64,000 bases of DNA from Takakia lepidozioides (GCA_030704615.1 CM060731.1:40362001-40426000), one strand, 5' to 3'. Shown: positions 1 through 12,660, numbered from the stretch's first letter. Translations and numbers: made by a program. The notes: generated from the sequence alone by a model not told the origin.

Positions 1-119
1 ACGAAGACATATTTTTCCTGGAAAACAAGAGATGGCTGCATGCTGAGCACAAAGTCATAATAAATGGGAAAACGCCAAGGAGCACACTGGCAGCACAAAA
101 TCACACAGAAGAGGAGCGC

Positions 120-2337
120 ATGTCGCCTGCTGAACGTGGAATACTCAAGGGCACACTCGCAGCACTCAACTTTGCACCAGCTAAGTTCACTACCCAGCCT
201 GGTAGCAATAGAATGCAATTGCTCATTACCGTCGTCAACTCTAGAGGGAATGCCAACACATATCAACTGTCTATTTTAATGGCTACTCGGATATACCAAG
301 GTGCCTCCCAAAACTATATGGTATGGAGAGCCCTATATGCTTCTGATAGTGCCAATCATTGCCCTGCAAATTACCTCAGAGCCTTACCACCCATGTGTTA
401 TCACCTAACCCCGAAACTGGGCCGTCACACAATAACCATGCGCTACCAAAGGCCATACTTGGCACTCACTGCTACTATCAAGAACTTAATATGATGCCAC
501 AATACATTAAACTTCCATCATACTGTAATCACTATGGGCTTGATAAACCCAGATCTGAACAAAGAAAAATGGAGAAGCATGAAGCTATTCGATTGTGGAA
601 GTATACGCACTGCCCCGTTATGACTAATCTCTACCGTGCTCAAAGCTTGAAAGTGTTATTGCACTCGCTGCCTTCAGCGTTACTTGTAAATCGATTGCAA
701 TGTTCTATCCATAACTTATCAAAATTCACAAGTGCCATTCAGTGCTATGCTAAAAAACTCAAGGTGATATCACAACAATACACTGCTAAAACTCTGAAAG
801 TCTTACTGCGTTCCTTTCTGCTAATACGAGTGGGAAATTGATTGATGTGCTACACCAACACGATATCAAAATCCAAAACTGTCACATACTGTTATGATCA
901 AAAACGTAATGTGATGGTATCTCAGGTCTTAACTACAATAGGGCAGATTCCTTTGTATACAAACCTAGGATTTCTGAATAGGGAAAATTTTGATTCTCTA
1001 ATTTTGATGAAGCAGCCCCAAGCAGGAGCAACCATCCTGCTCGTGCAACAAGCTTTTACGAAACTGGTAACCTTTGTGTTGTGTGGAGGGGCTCTAAGTA
1101 GACACCAAGGCACTGAATATAGAGGCTTGCTCTCGGTGGACTGCCTTACAGTCATAAGCATTAAATCACTGAGAGATAATAGAAGCACACTGGTAGAACT
1201 CTTCTGGGCCCGGTGGCCGAATACAATCACCAACTATGGTAAAACACAGCCAGCTGAAGCCTTAGAATGGGCTTGGATCAGGGACTCTATCAGTATCATC
1301 AAAGAAGATAACCAGAGGATATGCTACAAGAAAGGGCCCATGCCACAGATGACAATTTTCTCTGTTGCCTTCAATGTGCACTGCTCAAGCCTATTACTAA
1401 CTATATTGTGTGCTGCAATCCAAGACCAAGTAATAGAGGCACGCCAGCAAATTGAGCCCCCCGCCAAGAAACAAACGCCTACAGCAAACAGCCAACAAAT
1501 AAGAGTAATGGCAGGAGCTCAAATTATGCGTTGTATTCATTGAGCCAACCCAGAAACCAGATGCACTATCTGAGAGAATGACACGGACACTCGGGCAACA
1601 CAATGCACTACCGCCCACAAATGCAGAAAAAGTCTCCACTATTACCAGAAACGTATGCCAAATAACCTGCCATAGGCCACAAGACGCCACAACAAAGATA
1701 ATACAACAATCCATTGCTCAAGATCTGAAAGTCCCAGTACATCCGTTGTTGTTCATGCCAACTGAAAATAGAACTTCGTGTTATACTCACGTGATATCAA
1801 AAACCACAATCGTTAACTGTTGCTATGACCAAAAACTTAAGACAATAGTAACCCAGAATTCGGCTGCAGTAAGACAGAGGGACATAAATGTGCACTCGGG
1901 ACCTTTGCATAGGAACAAACTTGCTTCTCCAGTCTTGGTGAAACTCCCCCAAATACTTAATATGCTGCCACAGTGCACGATAATGCTACTGTACTATGCC
2001 TACTATGCGAGTATAAATCCCAACTCCGAACATGGACATATGAAGAGATGTGAAGATTTCTGGCTTTGGGAATATGTGCATCACCCCGCTATGACTAATC
2101 ATTGCTATGCCCACAGCCCCCTGCTGTCAGCCTCCTATGTAACTCGACGACGGTGCTCTACCCCGACAATATTAAAGCTCACAAATGTCACATTCTGCCA
2201 TGATCAAATACTTACAGTGATGCCAGAACATAACATTGCTCATATACTGAAAAGCTATATAAAATTAATCCACGTTAACTGTCACGCTCAAAGCTTGATG
2301 AGGGTTTTGCACTCCCTGCTGGTAGCCCCCTTGCAAT
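120..2337 (+). pseudogene. Degenerate long ORF of unknown function with internal repeats, antisense to the adjacent retroelement gag-pro
   Basis: ORFs 120-494, 359-841, 842-1543 and 1578-2399 share repeats: CYTNTISKSKTVTYCYDQK vs CYTHVISKTTIVNCCYDQK; LWKYTHCPVMTN vs LWEYVHHPAMTN; AQSLKVLLHSL vs AQSLMRVLHSL. Differences between copies fall at synonymous third positions (TGC/TGT, TAC/TAT, GAT/GAC). The TGA at 839-841 aligns with an AGA in the paralogous repeat. Confidence 0.5.
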
Positions 2338-3890
2338 TCGTTGGCATTCCAGTCATGGAATACCCTGGCCTGTTTCAGCCATGGTCGACCCAACAATAAG
2401 GAGTAAGCTTCCATGACATCATCCATCTTTAATACAGTCACTGTGATCTTGAAGATCATCTTTTGAATCTGTATCTTAACTTCTCTTATCAAGCCTAATG
2501 GCTGAACACTTCTTTGATCCGCCATTGTTACTGTGAATGGGGCTGGTTTCATGTTACTTAGACCAAGCTTCTGCCTTAATTGGTCTGTTATGATATTCAC
2601 TCCAGGGCCTCCATCTATCAGTACATCAGTCAGATCTTTCCAATTCTCAATTGGATTACCGGCATAGAATCATCAAAGTCCATGACTGTTTCTCGCCTTT
2701 CCGGCTTCACATTATAACTGGTCACCCTGCTGTCCATGTTTGTGTTATCTGTCACATGGGCAACCTGATTGATTGCTTGATACAGTCTGTGCCTACAATG
2801 AGGTGCCACAGCCAATAACTGTCCAATGGTAATCTCTGTTTTGGACTGGCATATTACTTCAGCCAAAGTCCCTTCATTACCCTGCACTCCTGCAGCTTCT
2901 TTCTTTCCTTCATCCTCACTCTCTTCATCTTCTCTTCCTAACTAGAGAAATCTGCCATAGGGATATCAGTACTCTTCTGCATTTCCCTTATGGTATCTGC
3001 CACTTCCCTGTGCAGTTCCTTCTCATCTCTCCAAGCTTCATCATCTTCAGGCACATCACTACCATCTTCATTATCATCATCTTCCTCATCTACTGGAGGT
3101 ATTAATTTAGCTTTGCTTTTGGTTACTATCATTGTACTTACTTCTGGTACAACACATGGCCTAACCATGTGTGCTGCCACCACTGGGCCCTCATTCACAG
3201 GAGCTCTCATCTCATTCTGGTGTCTAATCCAGAATGAACAGGTTGCTTTGCGATGTCCTGCCTGATTACAATTATAACACAGTTCTTCACCATTGGGTCC
3301 TCGCCCTTGGTCTGCTCTGGGATTATTTCTATAATCCTGATTCCCTGGCTGGTAATTCCCCCTTCGATTACTCTGATAGTTGGCTCTGGGATTGCCTTGG
3401 TAATTCCCTCTTGGATTACCTCTCCCCTCCATACCATTGTTATAACCACCAGGCCTACCATAATGGTCCTGTTCACTGTTTCTTCTTGGCTGAGGCTGCA
3501 TTTGATGCACCCTTACTTGCCTAGGTTCTCTTGTAGCTGTTCTTCTGTTGTAATAACAATTCTTAGTAGAATGGTTATCCATTTTACAGATAGTATAGTG
3601 TTTCTCCTTCATGTGGCATTCAGCTGTGGTATGGCCTTCATTCTGGCATTTTGCACACCAAACACCCTTCCTCCAATGTGTTGCAGCCTCTGTGGCATAC
3701 TTCTTCAAGATCTCTTCCAATCTTTTCTCATAGTTATCCCTCTTCAACTTTTCCTTCTTCTTACTCTTCCTCTTCTTCCTCATCTGACTCATCCTCAGAG
3801 TCCTCATCTTCCCTTTTCTCTCTCCTGAGCATTCCCAATTGCTCAATTCTATTAGCTGTTTCAAATGCTTCCTCCACCGTATTATGGGGT
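2338..3890 (-). mobile_element. Ty3/gypsy-type LTR retrotransposon gag-protease remnant (frameshifted, pol missing)
   Basis: CCHC knuckles CAKCQNEGHTTAEC and CYNCNQAGHRKATC, plus degenerate YTICKMDNHSTKNC. Aspartic protease VLIDGGPGVNII near 2620 and LLLGRPWL...FHDW. Broken into several frames; no RT, RNaseH or integrase seen. Confidence 0.85.
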
Positions 3891-3894
3891 AGCA

Positions 3895-4244
3895 TATTTG
3901 AAATTTGAAATTTGAAATTCAAACTTGAGTACGCATGTGTAACCATGCATGTGTTGGCTTCACTCTGGGCTCATGTTATGTTCATGACCACATCTGACAT
4001 CTGGGATGGATGCGTGCATGACCTACATGTATCATGTGTTATATAAACGACATTCCATGGGGTGACGGATGGGGGTGGGGTGGGGCGGGGCGCGGGGAGG
4101 GGGGGTGGAGGGGGTGGCGAGGGGAGGGGCAGCAGAGCGGGGGCAGGCCGTGGAGACCGTGAGCTGGAAGGGGGGGGGCTGTGGGGGGTGCCACGCATGC
4201 AGGACCGAAGGGCTCGCATTAAACAACTCCCGGGCCTTTTCTAG
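3895..4244 (+). mobile_element. Possible Helitron 3'-terminal fragment with G-rich low-complexity core
   Basis: Truncates gag. Tandem TTTGAAA repeats near 3897-3920, G-runs 4058-4190, imperfect hairpin AAGGGCTCG...CGGGCCTT, then CTAG (4241-4244) followed by T. Confidence 0.3.
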
Positions 4245-4810
4245 TGTGCGCCTTAAGATTGAAGTCTCCGAGAAAATCTCCAGTTTACCTTTGGTCCTTC
4301 CCTTCTCACACTCAGGGACCTCTGTAAGTACGACCTATTTTTGAATCAACCAAATAGCAGTGAGATTGAAATTTGTCTTGGGAATGTCCACTTCACTAGG
4401 GCATAATAAGATAATACAAAAGACAATACACATGCTTAAGACACTTACATTGGTTTTACAAGCTCTGGTTGAGTCTAATCTCAGATGATTATACTTCCAA
4501 CCATTTCTTCCTGTGTGGTTTAGATAGAGACATATTTGAGCTTACATGTACTCCAAAGACACTTTTGCCCGAAGGCTTGTGGTCATAGAGCCAATCCGGA
4601 CTATAGAGACAAACACTCAAACACCTTGCATTGTGCAATGTGAGATAACAAATGAACATCCTAACTCAAAAGAAGCAAATCATCACATGACTTGTTGGAA
4701 CACAACACAATGCAAAATGCCACCAAAGCTGTTGAAATTGGCTCCAAGTACTGCACACTTGCAAGTGGCAGCAAGTATGTTCAATTTTTCTAGTAACAAA
4801 AAAGAAGAGC

Positions 4811-5540
4811 TCAATGGCTCTTTACATACTCTTGAATCACATTCAACCCTTCTGTCTCCTCGCCGTAGTCCTAGACCCCCAAAACAACCACAGTATTACA
4901 CATCATCAGCACAAGGGTTGGCACCTGGCAGAGGCAGGTTGCATTTCGATTCTAAAACTGATCAGCTAGACAAAGTTCGCAATACAATTGAGCAAACATA
5001 TCCTCCTCACAAACAAACTCTCAAATAGATTCACAGTTTCCAAAGTAGGTCTTTGGTTACATACCTTCACAACTACACATGAGCACCCCACCACTTTCAG
5101 TGCCTTGCCCTCTGAATCAATCTTGCAAAGCTGCAAACACCCACATTGAATTGTTGTCACACCTGCTGGCAAGTATAATGCGAACTACATGTATTGAAGT
5201 AGACATACTTGCATCCAGAACGTGCACACTAGAGACCAAAACTCCATGAGCTCCAACTTCCTGTCTCTATCCCATTCAGTGGCCTTTTACCAGCCAACAT
5301 TGACTAAACCTCAACATCCACAGGAAAGTGTATGCGCACCCCAGCCCACTCGCCCAGCTTCTTAGCACTGGGTACTGAAATAAGGTTGACATTGTGCTTC
5401 GAGCAAAGTGCTTGGACCAACTTGCTGTAGTCAGGCTGGTTGCAATCCTCAGCCAATACACAGAGCTGAGCTGCATGCTTCTCAATTGCCTTGGCTGCTT
5501 CGTGGAGAACCCGAGCAAGGCCATCATGAGCTAGAGACTT
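4811..5540 (-). pseudogene. RPS12: 40S ribosomal protein S12 (eS12), 5'-truncated, intron-containing
   Basis: Exons 5540-5340 (KSLAHDGLARVLHEAAKAIEKHAAQLCVLAEDCNQPDY...GEWAG), 5130-5065 (LCKIDSEGKALKVVGCSCVVVK) and 4870-4811 (DYGEETEGLNVIQEYVKSH*), with GT-AG introns. The N-terminal part and in-frame ATG are absent. Substitutions at normally conserved sites (ARG>ARV, KARK>KALK). Confidence 0.85.
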
Positions 5541-6094
5541 CTAACCGAGCACGGCCACAGAGACATCTCAACAAACTCGTCCACAATACGAGAGATAGGT
5601 GAACTGCGGGAAGAACCCATCCCAACGAAACCATTCCACCCAGTATTTCACAATACAAAAAATCAAAGAATGTAAGAGCACTGTACCCGTCCGCCATTGT
5701 AATCGGTAGATAAATGTACGAGCAGTCCCGCCTGCACAAGCGCGAGAAATGATTTCATGTACAAGATGAGAACAACACATCAGAATTACATACGAGGAGA
5801 CGGAAAAGAGAAGCTAGCATGATACACAAGAGCGGTAGCTACCCTCCAAAACCCACCAGGCAGCACACGACGGAATTCAGATAGCTGGCCCCTTAATCGC
5901 TGGAACTACAAATCCACCCACACTCCAGGGAAAAAAGAAGCTTCACATATCGAGATATGGGGAAAGCTCTCTCAACAAGCAGCCAGCTTGGTTAGGGGCA
6001 AGGGCCGACCTCAGTTGCTCGGAGCTCCAAACCCAGGCTGCTGCGCTGCTCGCTTGGAGAGAAAGGAGATGGGCAGCGAGGATGGCGGCCCTTC

Positions 6095-6102
6095 TAGGGT
6101 TT
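6095..6102 (-). promoter_or_regulatory. Telo-box (AAACCCTA) in the divergent RPS12 / SEC-C promoter region
   Basis: TAGGGTTT on the + strand, followed on the - strand by a pyrimidine-rich leader. Telo-boxes are typical of plant ribosomal protein genes. Confidence 0.45.
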
Positions 6103-6211
6103 CCACAACTCCACATTCATCCCTCAGCGACGGGGATCCCTTTTCCCTTCTCCATCTCTCTCGCAACCCCCCGCCAAGCTCTCTTGCTGGGTGGGCTGGT
6201 CAGGAAGCAGG

Positions 6212-8337
6212 ATGGGCTCTCTTGTAGCCCTGCGTTGTCTTTTACGTTCCTGTCGTCTCTCACCGTCACCCGTTCCTGCATTTTCCCAACGGACCCATAT
6301 CCCAGAATGCACACATTGGCCCTCACATGCATCAGGTTTTGCAACGGCGGCGGAGGATGAGGGTTCATCTGCAGGAGCTTCGTCATGGATGCAGAGGCTG
6401 AAGAGTGTGTTCAAGAGCAAGACACCTTCATCAGATTCTTCCCAATCGGATACTTCTAAGGAAAAGTCTGTGTCTCAGCATGACCTTACAATGGAAAGTG
6501 AGTGCCATTCTACTGTGTCGCTAGGTGCTCTGCTGCAGATTCAACAATCTAATATCATAAAAGGCCCTCACTTGCACAATGTGACTGCTGGGAGTTGATC
6601 AGTATGAACCGTTGGATCACTTTGTTTATTTATTGCAAAGGACACTTCACGAATTTCTTAGCTGAATGAAATGATGGTGCAGACAAGTATGCTTCTGGTA
6701 CCAATTTGGCTTGTAGGAGACAATGGCGGATATGCTTCTTCCAGCAACATGCGACTGCAGGAAGGAACCCAGTAGGTGTAAATTGGAGACTGAAGAGACA
6801 ATACCCTAAAGCCTAGACTGGGCCTGCATTATGATGATTCGCAATATAGGACACCAGTATAACAGAGGTGGGGATGTGGAAACTGGCCGATGGTTTCCGC
6901 CGGGAATGTAAGTCTTTCGTGGGAAGAGTAACAGTGATCAAACAAGCAAGAAATTTTATGTCTTCTTTCAATGAGTGCTTGAAGACCCCAGATTGAGAGC
7001 CCAATCCTGTAGTTTGCAGCCACGGCGGTCAGAGGTTGGAAATTAGCCCAATAACCGGTTTAGTACAAGTATGTACTCGATTTGTGAATCTTTCTTTGAA
7101 ATCTGGCTCTGCCTCTCAATAGATTTTCTTTGTGTTGTACAGATTTTGCAGATGAGTTGAAGAAGGCACGCCAGTTTGGAAGTCTAACTACATTTGGACG
7201 CGGCCTGCCCAGAGGGGGTGAAGTATCAGCTGTAAAATCCCTTGAGAGACAGGAGGGGATTCTTCGATCCCTAGCCCGACATGACCCTTTGGTATGCTTT
7301 TTCATTACATCTGAATTTGGTTGCTACAGGAAAGTCTGTTTCAATGTTTAATGAGAGCACCAACCTTCAGTAGTGGTAAACAGTTAAAGAGGGCTGCATA
7401 CTGGACGGCCAGGCTTGCAGGTGAGCACACGATGTCTTTAGAAAGTAAGCAAGGGGCATGGGGCTGGGCATGGTGTGGGTCCAGGGAGTTGGAGAGCTGC
7501 ACAAGGTGGCAACGGAGTGGGGGTGCACTGTGCGTGATGTTGATGCCGTACTGGCAAAGTACGAGTGGGCAAAGGAGGCAAACAGGCGTGTGATGAAGCT
7601 TAAGGAGGAAGGCAAGCCGCTTCCCAAGTCTCTTGACGAGGTTAGTCTCCTGTGTTTGCTGCCTAAGAGCTATTGTATGTTTTTGTTATGCTCTGGCAGC
7701 TGCATTCTCTTCTCAAAATCTCTCCTCCCGCTGTCTCACCAATGGCTTTCCACTGTTTGCCTGTTTCCTACCATCTTTTAATACCTTGAATGATGAAATA
7801 TAGTTGTCCCTATACCTTGAATATAAGGTGGCCATAGCTGGGAGATGAAGGGTCTGGCCTGAGGTTGACACCATGGATTTGTTGGTTGGTGAAGGTGGAA
7901 GAGTTGATGGGGGGTCGCTGGAATGCGGCAGCATCTGTGAATCTTGCAAAAAGTGGACAACTGAGTCGAAATGCTGCTTGTCCATGCGGCTCTGGAAAGA
8001 AGTACAAGAGGTGGGTTCTCGCTCTTTTCACAGCTCCTCTCATCTCTCTGCCCCATTCCAATGGGAGTGTCGTAAGGCGGAGAGAAGCAATGTTTCTGGC
8101 TGCTTTATCTCACACTCATACTTAAACAGATGGATTGAGTCAAATTTCAAACTTAAAGCAAAGCAAGTAGTACTATCAAACATCATGTAGCCTGGCAATA
8201 AGCTGGCCGTTAGGCATCTGTGGCTTGAACACTATCTTACAAGCAAAGTATGCTCCAAATATATTGCCTATCCTTTACTAGACCATGACTGGTAAAAATC
8301 TGGGGAGTTCTGTTGCAGGTGTTGTGGAAAGTCATAA
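6212..8337 (+). CDS. SEC-C motif-containing protein, likely organelle (mitochondrion)-targeted; possibly degenerating
   Basis: Exons approx. 6212-6497, 7143-7291, ~7485-7640, 7895-8010 and 8319-8337. N-terminus is R/S/L-rich like a transit peptide. FADELKKARQFGS; CTVRDVDAVLAKYEWAKEA...EGKPLPKS; C-terminal SEC-C zinc motif SRNAACPCGSGKKYKRCCG. The exon 3 acceptor is uncertain. Confidence 0.75.
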
Positions 8338-8509
8338 GCTTGGACTTGAAACAAGGAAGTCATGCTGCACAAGCACGCACTTATGAAGAGTTTGTGCTCT
8401 GTTGTGAGGTCAGGTGGCCTCCTGCCGTTTTATCGTTTTGGTCACCTACTTACACTCCAAAGGGACTCTGACAGATGCAACTGGTCTTTACATCTTTACA
8501 TCAGCACTT

Positions 8510-11500
8510 CCTCTGAGCAAATGATGTGCGAAGGGGTGAAGCCCAATCACATCACGTTCATTTGTGTTTGCAATGTGTGTGCAAGCCTGGCAGCTCTGGA
8601 AAAGGGCGAAGAGGTCCATGGCGACATTGTCAGAGCTGCAATTGTACCGAGTGTCATTCTGAACAATACCCTCGTGGACATGTATGAAGGGAGTGTTCGA
8701 CAGTATGGCCGAATGAGATGTGGTGTGGAGTGCGATGATTGCAGGATATGCACAGCAAGGGCGTGGGATGGAGGCTTTGGAGACCTCTGAGCAAATGATG
8801 TGCGAAGGGATGAAGCCCAACCGCATAACGTTTGTTTGCATTGGCAATGCGTGTGCAAGCCTGGCAGCCCTGGAAAGGTGCAAAGAGGTCCATGGTGACA
8901 TCGTCAAATCTGGAATTGTACCCGATGTCATTCTGAACACTGCCCTGCTGGACATGTATGTCAAATGTGAGTGCATCGAGGATGCAAAGGGAGTGTTCGA
9001 CAGTATGGCTGAATGAGATGTGGTGTGGTGGAGTGCGATGATTGCAGGATATGCACAGCAAGGATGCGGGATGGAGGCTTTGGAGACCTATGAGCAATTG
9101 ATGTGCAAAGGGGTGAAACCCAACCGCAACACATTTGTCTGTGTTTGCAATGCGTGTGCAAGCCTAGGAGCTCTGGAAAAGGGGAAAGAGGTCCATGGTG
9201 ACATCGTCAAAGCTGGATTTGTACCAGATGTCATCCTGAACACTGCCCTGGTGGACATGTATGCCAAATGTGGGTGCATGAAGGATGCGAAGGGAGTTTT
9301 CAAATGGCTGAACAAGATGTGGTGTCGTGGAACGCGATGCTTGCAGGGTATGCACAGCAGGGGCGTGGGATGGAAGCTTTGGAGACCTATGAGCAGATGA
9401 TGGGGGAAGGGGTGAAGTGCAACCACATCACGTTTGTGTGCGTTTGCAATGCTTGAGCAAGCCTGGCAGCCCTGGAAAAGGGCAAAGGGATGTATGGTGA
9501 CATCATCAAAGCTGGAATTGTACCAAGGTTGCAATGCGTGTGCAAGCCTGGGAGCCCTGGAAAATGGGAAAGAGGTCCATGGTGACATCGTCAAAGCTGG
9601 AATTGCACCAGATTCATCCTGAACACTGCCCTGGTGGACATATGCCAAATGTGGGTGGATCGAGGATGCGAAGGGAGTTTTCAACACTGTGGTTGAACGA
9701 GATGTGGTGTTGTGGAACGCGATGCTTGCAGGGTATGCACAGCAGGGGCACGGGATGGAGGCTTTGGAGACCTATGAACAAATGATGGGGGAAGTGGTGA
9801 AGCCCTCATGGAGTGCAATGATTGCAGGATATGCTCAACATGGATCTGGTACAGAGGCATTCAAAATGTATGAGCAAATGCAACAGGAAGGGGTTATGCC
9901 CAACAACATAACATTCATTTGCATTCTCAATGCATGTGCCAGTGTAGGAGACCTGGGAAAGGCCGAAGAGGTCCAGCTGACATAATGAAAGCTGGAATTT
10001 CTTTGTGTATTAAAGTGGAGAACAGCCTTCTTGATGCCAAATGTGGGAGCGGAAAAGATGCACGTCAGGTTTTCGACAAAATGCCTGAACGAGATGTGGT
10101 CTCATGGAATGCCATGATTACAGGATATGCTGAGCATGGCTATGCTGAAGAGGCTTTCAAGATACAAGCAAATGGAACTGGACGCGATGACACCGAACAG
10201 GGTCACATTCGTTTCTGTTGTCAATGCATGTGCCAGTCTAGGGGCCCTGGAAAAGGGCACGTGGGTCCATGCTGATATTAACAAAGCTGGGGTTGTGTCA
10301 TATATTAACTTGAACAATGCCCTTGTTAACATGTATGCCAAATGTGGGAGTGTTCACGATGCACGTCAAGTGTTTGAAAATATGTTCAGCAAGCATGGAA
10401 TGCCATAATTGCAGGATATGCTCAGCATGGGTGTAGTACAGAGGCCTTCCAACTATTTGAACAGATGCAGCAGGAAGGCTTGAAGCCAGATGGTATCACC
10501 TTCGTTTCTCTTCTCTCTGCTTGTAGGCATGTAGGCCTGGTGGATGAAGGCCACCACTTGTTTGGTTCCATGAGTAGAGATCACGGCCTCACTCCTACAG
10601 TGGAGCATTTTTGCTGCATTGTGGACCTTCTTGGCCGTGTAGGCCGATGAGATGAGGCAGAAGAGTTCATCAACAAAATGCCAATTGAACCAGATGCTCT
10701 GGTTTTTGGGACCTTGCTTGCTGCTGCCAGAATTCATGGGGATGTGGAGGTAGCAGAACATGCAGCAAAATCTCTTCTCAAGTGCGATCCCAACCACCAT
10801 GCAGCTTATGTGCTGCTATCCAACATCTACGCCGCATCTGGCAGGTGACAATATGACACAACATGATGTGGTTTCATGGAGGACCATGATTGCAGCATAT
10901 GCTCCGCATGAGTATGGCAGGGAGGCTGTTGAGATGTATGAACAAATGCAAAAGAAAGGGCTAACGCCCAGCAGGGTCACATTCACTTGTGTTCTCAAGC
11001 CTTGGAGAAGGGCAAAGAGGTCCATGCTGACATCATTAAATCTGGAATTGCATGCTACATAAGAAGACTACACTTGTGGACATGTATGCAAAATGTGGTA
11101 GCATAAAGGATGCGCGTCAAGCTTTTGACAATTGGCTAAACGAGAGATAGTATCATGGAACACCATGATCGCAGGGTGTGCTCAACATGGATGTGGCAGG
11201 GAGGCTTTCGAGATATATGAGAGATTGCAGCAAGACAGGATGACTCCTAACAGGGTCACCTTCTCTTGTATTCTCAATGCGTGTGCCAGCTAGGAGCCCT
11301 GCCTTTGGAGACTTATGAACAAATGATGGGAGAAGGGGTGAAGCCCGACCACATCACGTTTGTGTGCGTTTGCAATGCGTGTGCAAGTCTGGCAGCTCTG
11401 GAAAGGGGAAAAGAGGTCCATGGCGACATTGTCAGAGCTGCAATTGTACCAAATGTCATTCTGAACAATACCCCCATGGACATGTATGAAGGGAGTGTTC

Positions 11501-12660
11501 GACAGTATGGCTGAACAAGATGTGGTGTCGTGGAACGCGATGCTTGCAGGGTATGCACAGCAGGGGCGTGGGATGGAGGCTTTGACCTATGAGCTAATGA
11601 TGGGGGAAGGGGTGAAGCCTGACCACATCACGTTTGTGTGCGTTTGCAATGCGTGTGCAAGCCTGGCAGCCCTGGAAAAGGGCAAAGAGGTGCATGGTTG
11701 CATCGCCAAAGCTGGAACTGTACCAGGTGTGATCATGAACACTGCCCTGGTGGACATGTATGCCAAATGTGGGAGCATTGAGGATGCAGAGGGAGTGAAT
11801 TGTCGTGGAACGCCATGCTTGCAGGATATGCACAGCAGGACGTGGGATGGAGGACTTGGAGACCTATGAGCAAATGATGGGGGAAGGGGTGAAGCGCGAC
11901 CACATCACATTTGTGTTCGTTTGCAGTGCGTGTGCAAGCCTGGCAGCCCTGGAAAAGGGCAAAGAGGTGCATGGTTGCATCGCCAAAGCTGGAATTGTAC
12001 CAGATGTGATTCTGGACAATACCCTCGTGGACATGTATGCCAAATGTGGGAGCATTGAGGATGCGGAGGGAGTGTTCAACAATATGGCTGAACGAGATTT
12101 GGTGTCATGGAACGCCATGCTGGCAGGATATGCACAGCAGGGCGTGGGATGGAGGACTTGGAGACCTATAAGCAAATGATGGCGGAAGGGGTGAAGTGCA
12201 ACAACATCAAGTTTGTGTGCGTTTGCAGTGCTTGTGCAAGCCTGGCAGCCCTGGAAAAGGGCAAAGAGGTGCATGGTGACATCCTCAAAGCTGGAATTGT
12301 ATCGAACGTCATTCCGGACACTGCCCTGGTGGACATGTATGCGAAATGTGGGTGCATTGAGTATGCAAAGGGAGTATTTGACAATGTGACTGAACGAAAT
12401 GTGGTGTCGTGGAATGCGATGATCGCAGGATATGCCCAGCATGGTTGTCAGGTCCTGCAACTATTTGAAGGAATGGAAAAGAACGGCTTGAAGCCAGACA
12501 GTATCACCTTTATCTGTGTTCTATCTGCATGCAGCCACACTGGCCTACTGAATGAAGGAAGACGCTACTTCGATTCCCTGAGTCAAGATCATGGTGTTAC
12601 TCCGACAGTAAAGCACTTTGGCTGCAGGATGGACCTTCTTGGACGTGCGGGACAACTGGA
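8510..12660 (+). pseudogene. Tandem array of PLS-class PPR triplets with E-domain remnants, frameshifted (array 1)
   Basis: About a dozen ~300-nt P-L-S units ([35 protein letters not shown] / DHITFVCVCNACASLAALEKGKEVHGDIVKAGIVP / DVILNTALVDMYAKCG). P2-L2-S2-E1-E2 at ~10400-10848 and P2-L2-S2 at ~12400-12660. Many indels and stops; no start codon; no DYW domain. Confidence 0.92.

Noticed and set aside
3971-4344. Pro-rich and Gly-rich ORFs on both strands
   Set aside because: By-products of the G-run low-complexity tract.
8510-12660. CRISPR-like repeat array
   Set aside because: Units are ~300-nt protein-coding PPR triplets with no repeat-spacer structure, in a eukaryotic context.
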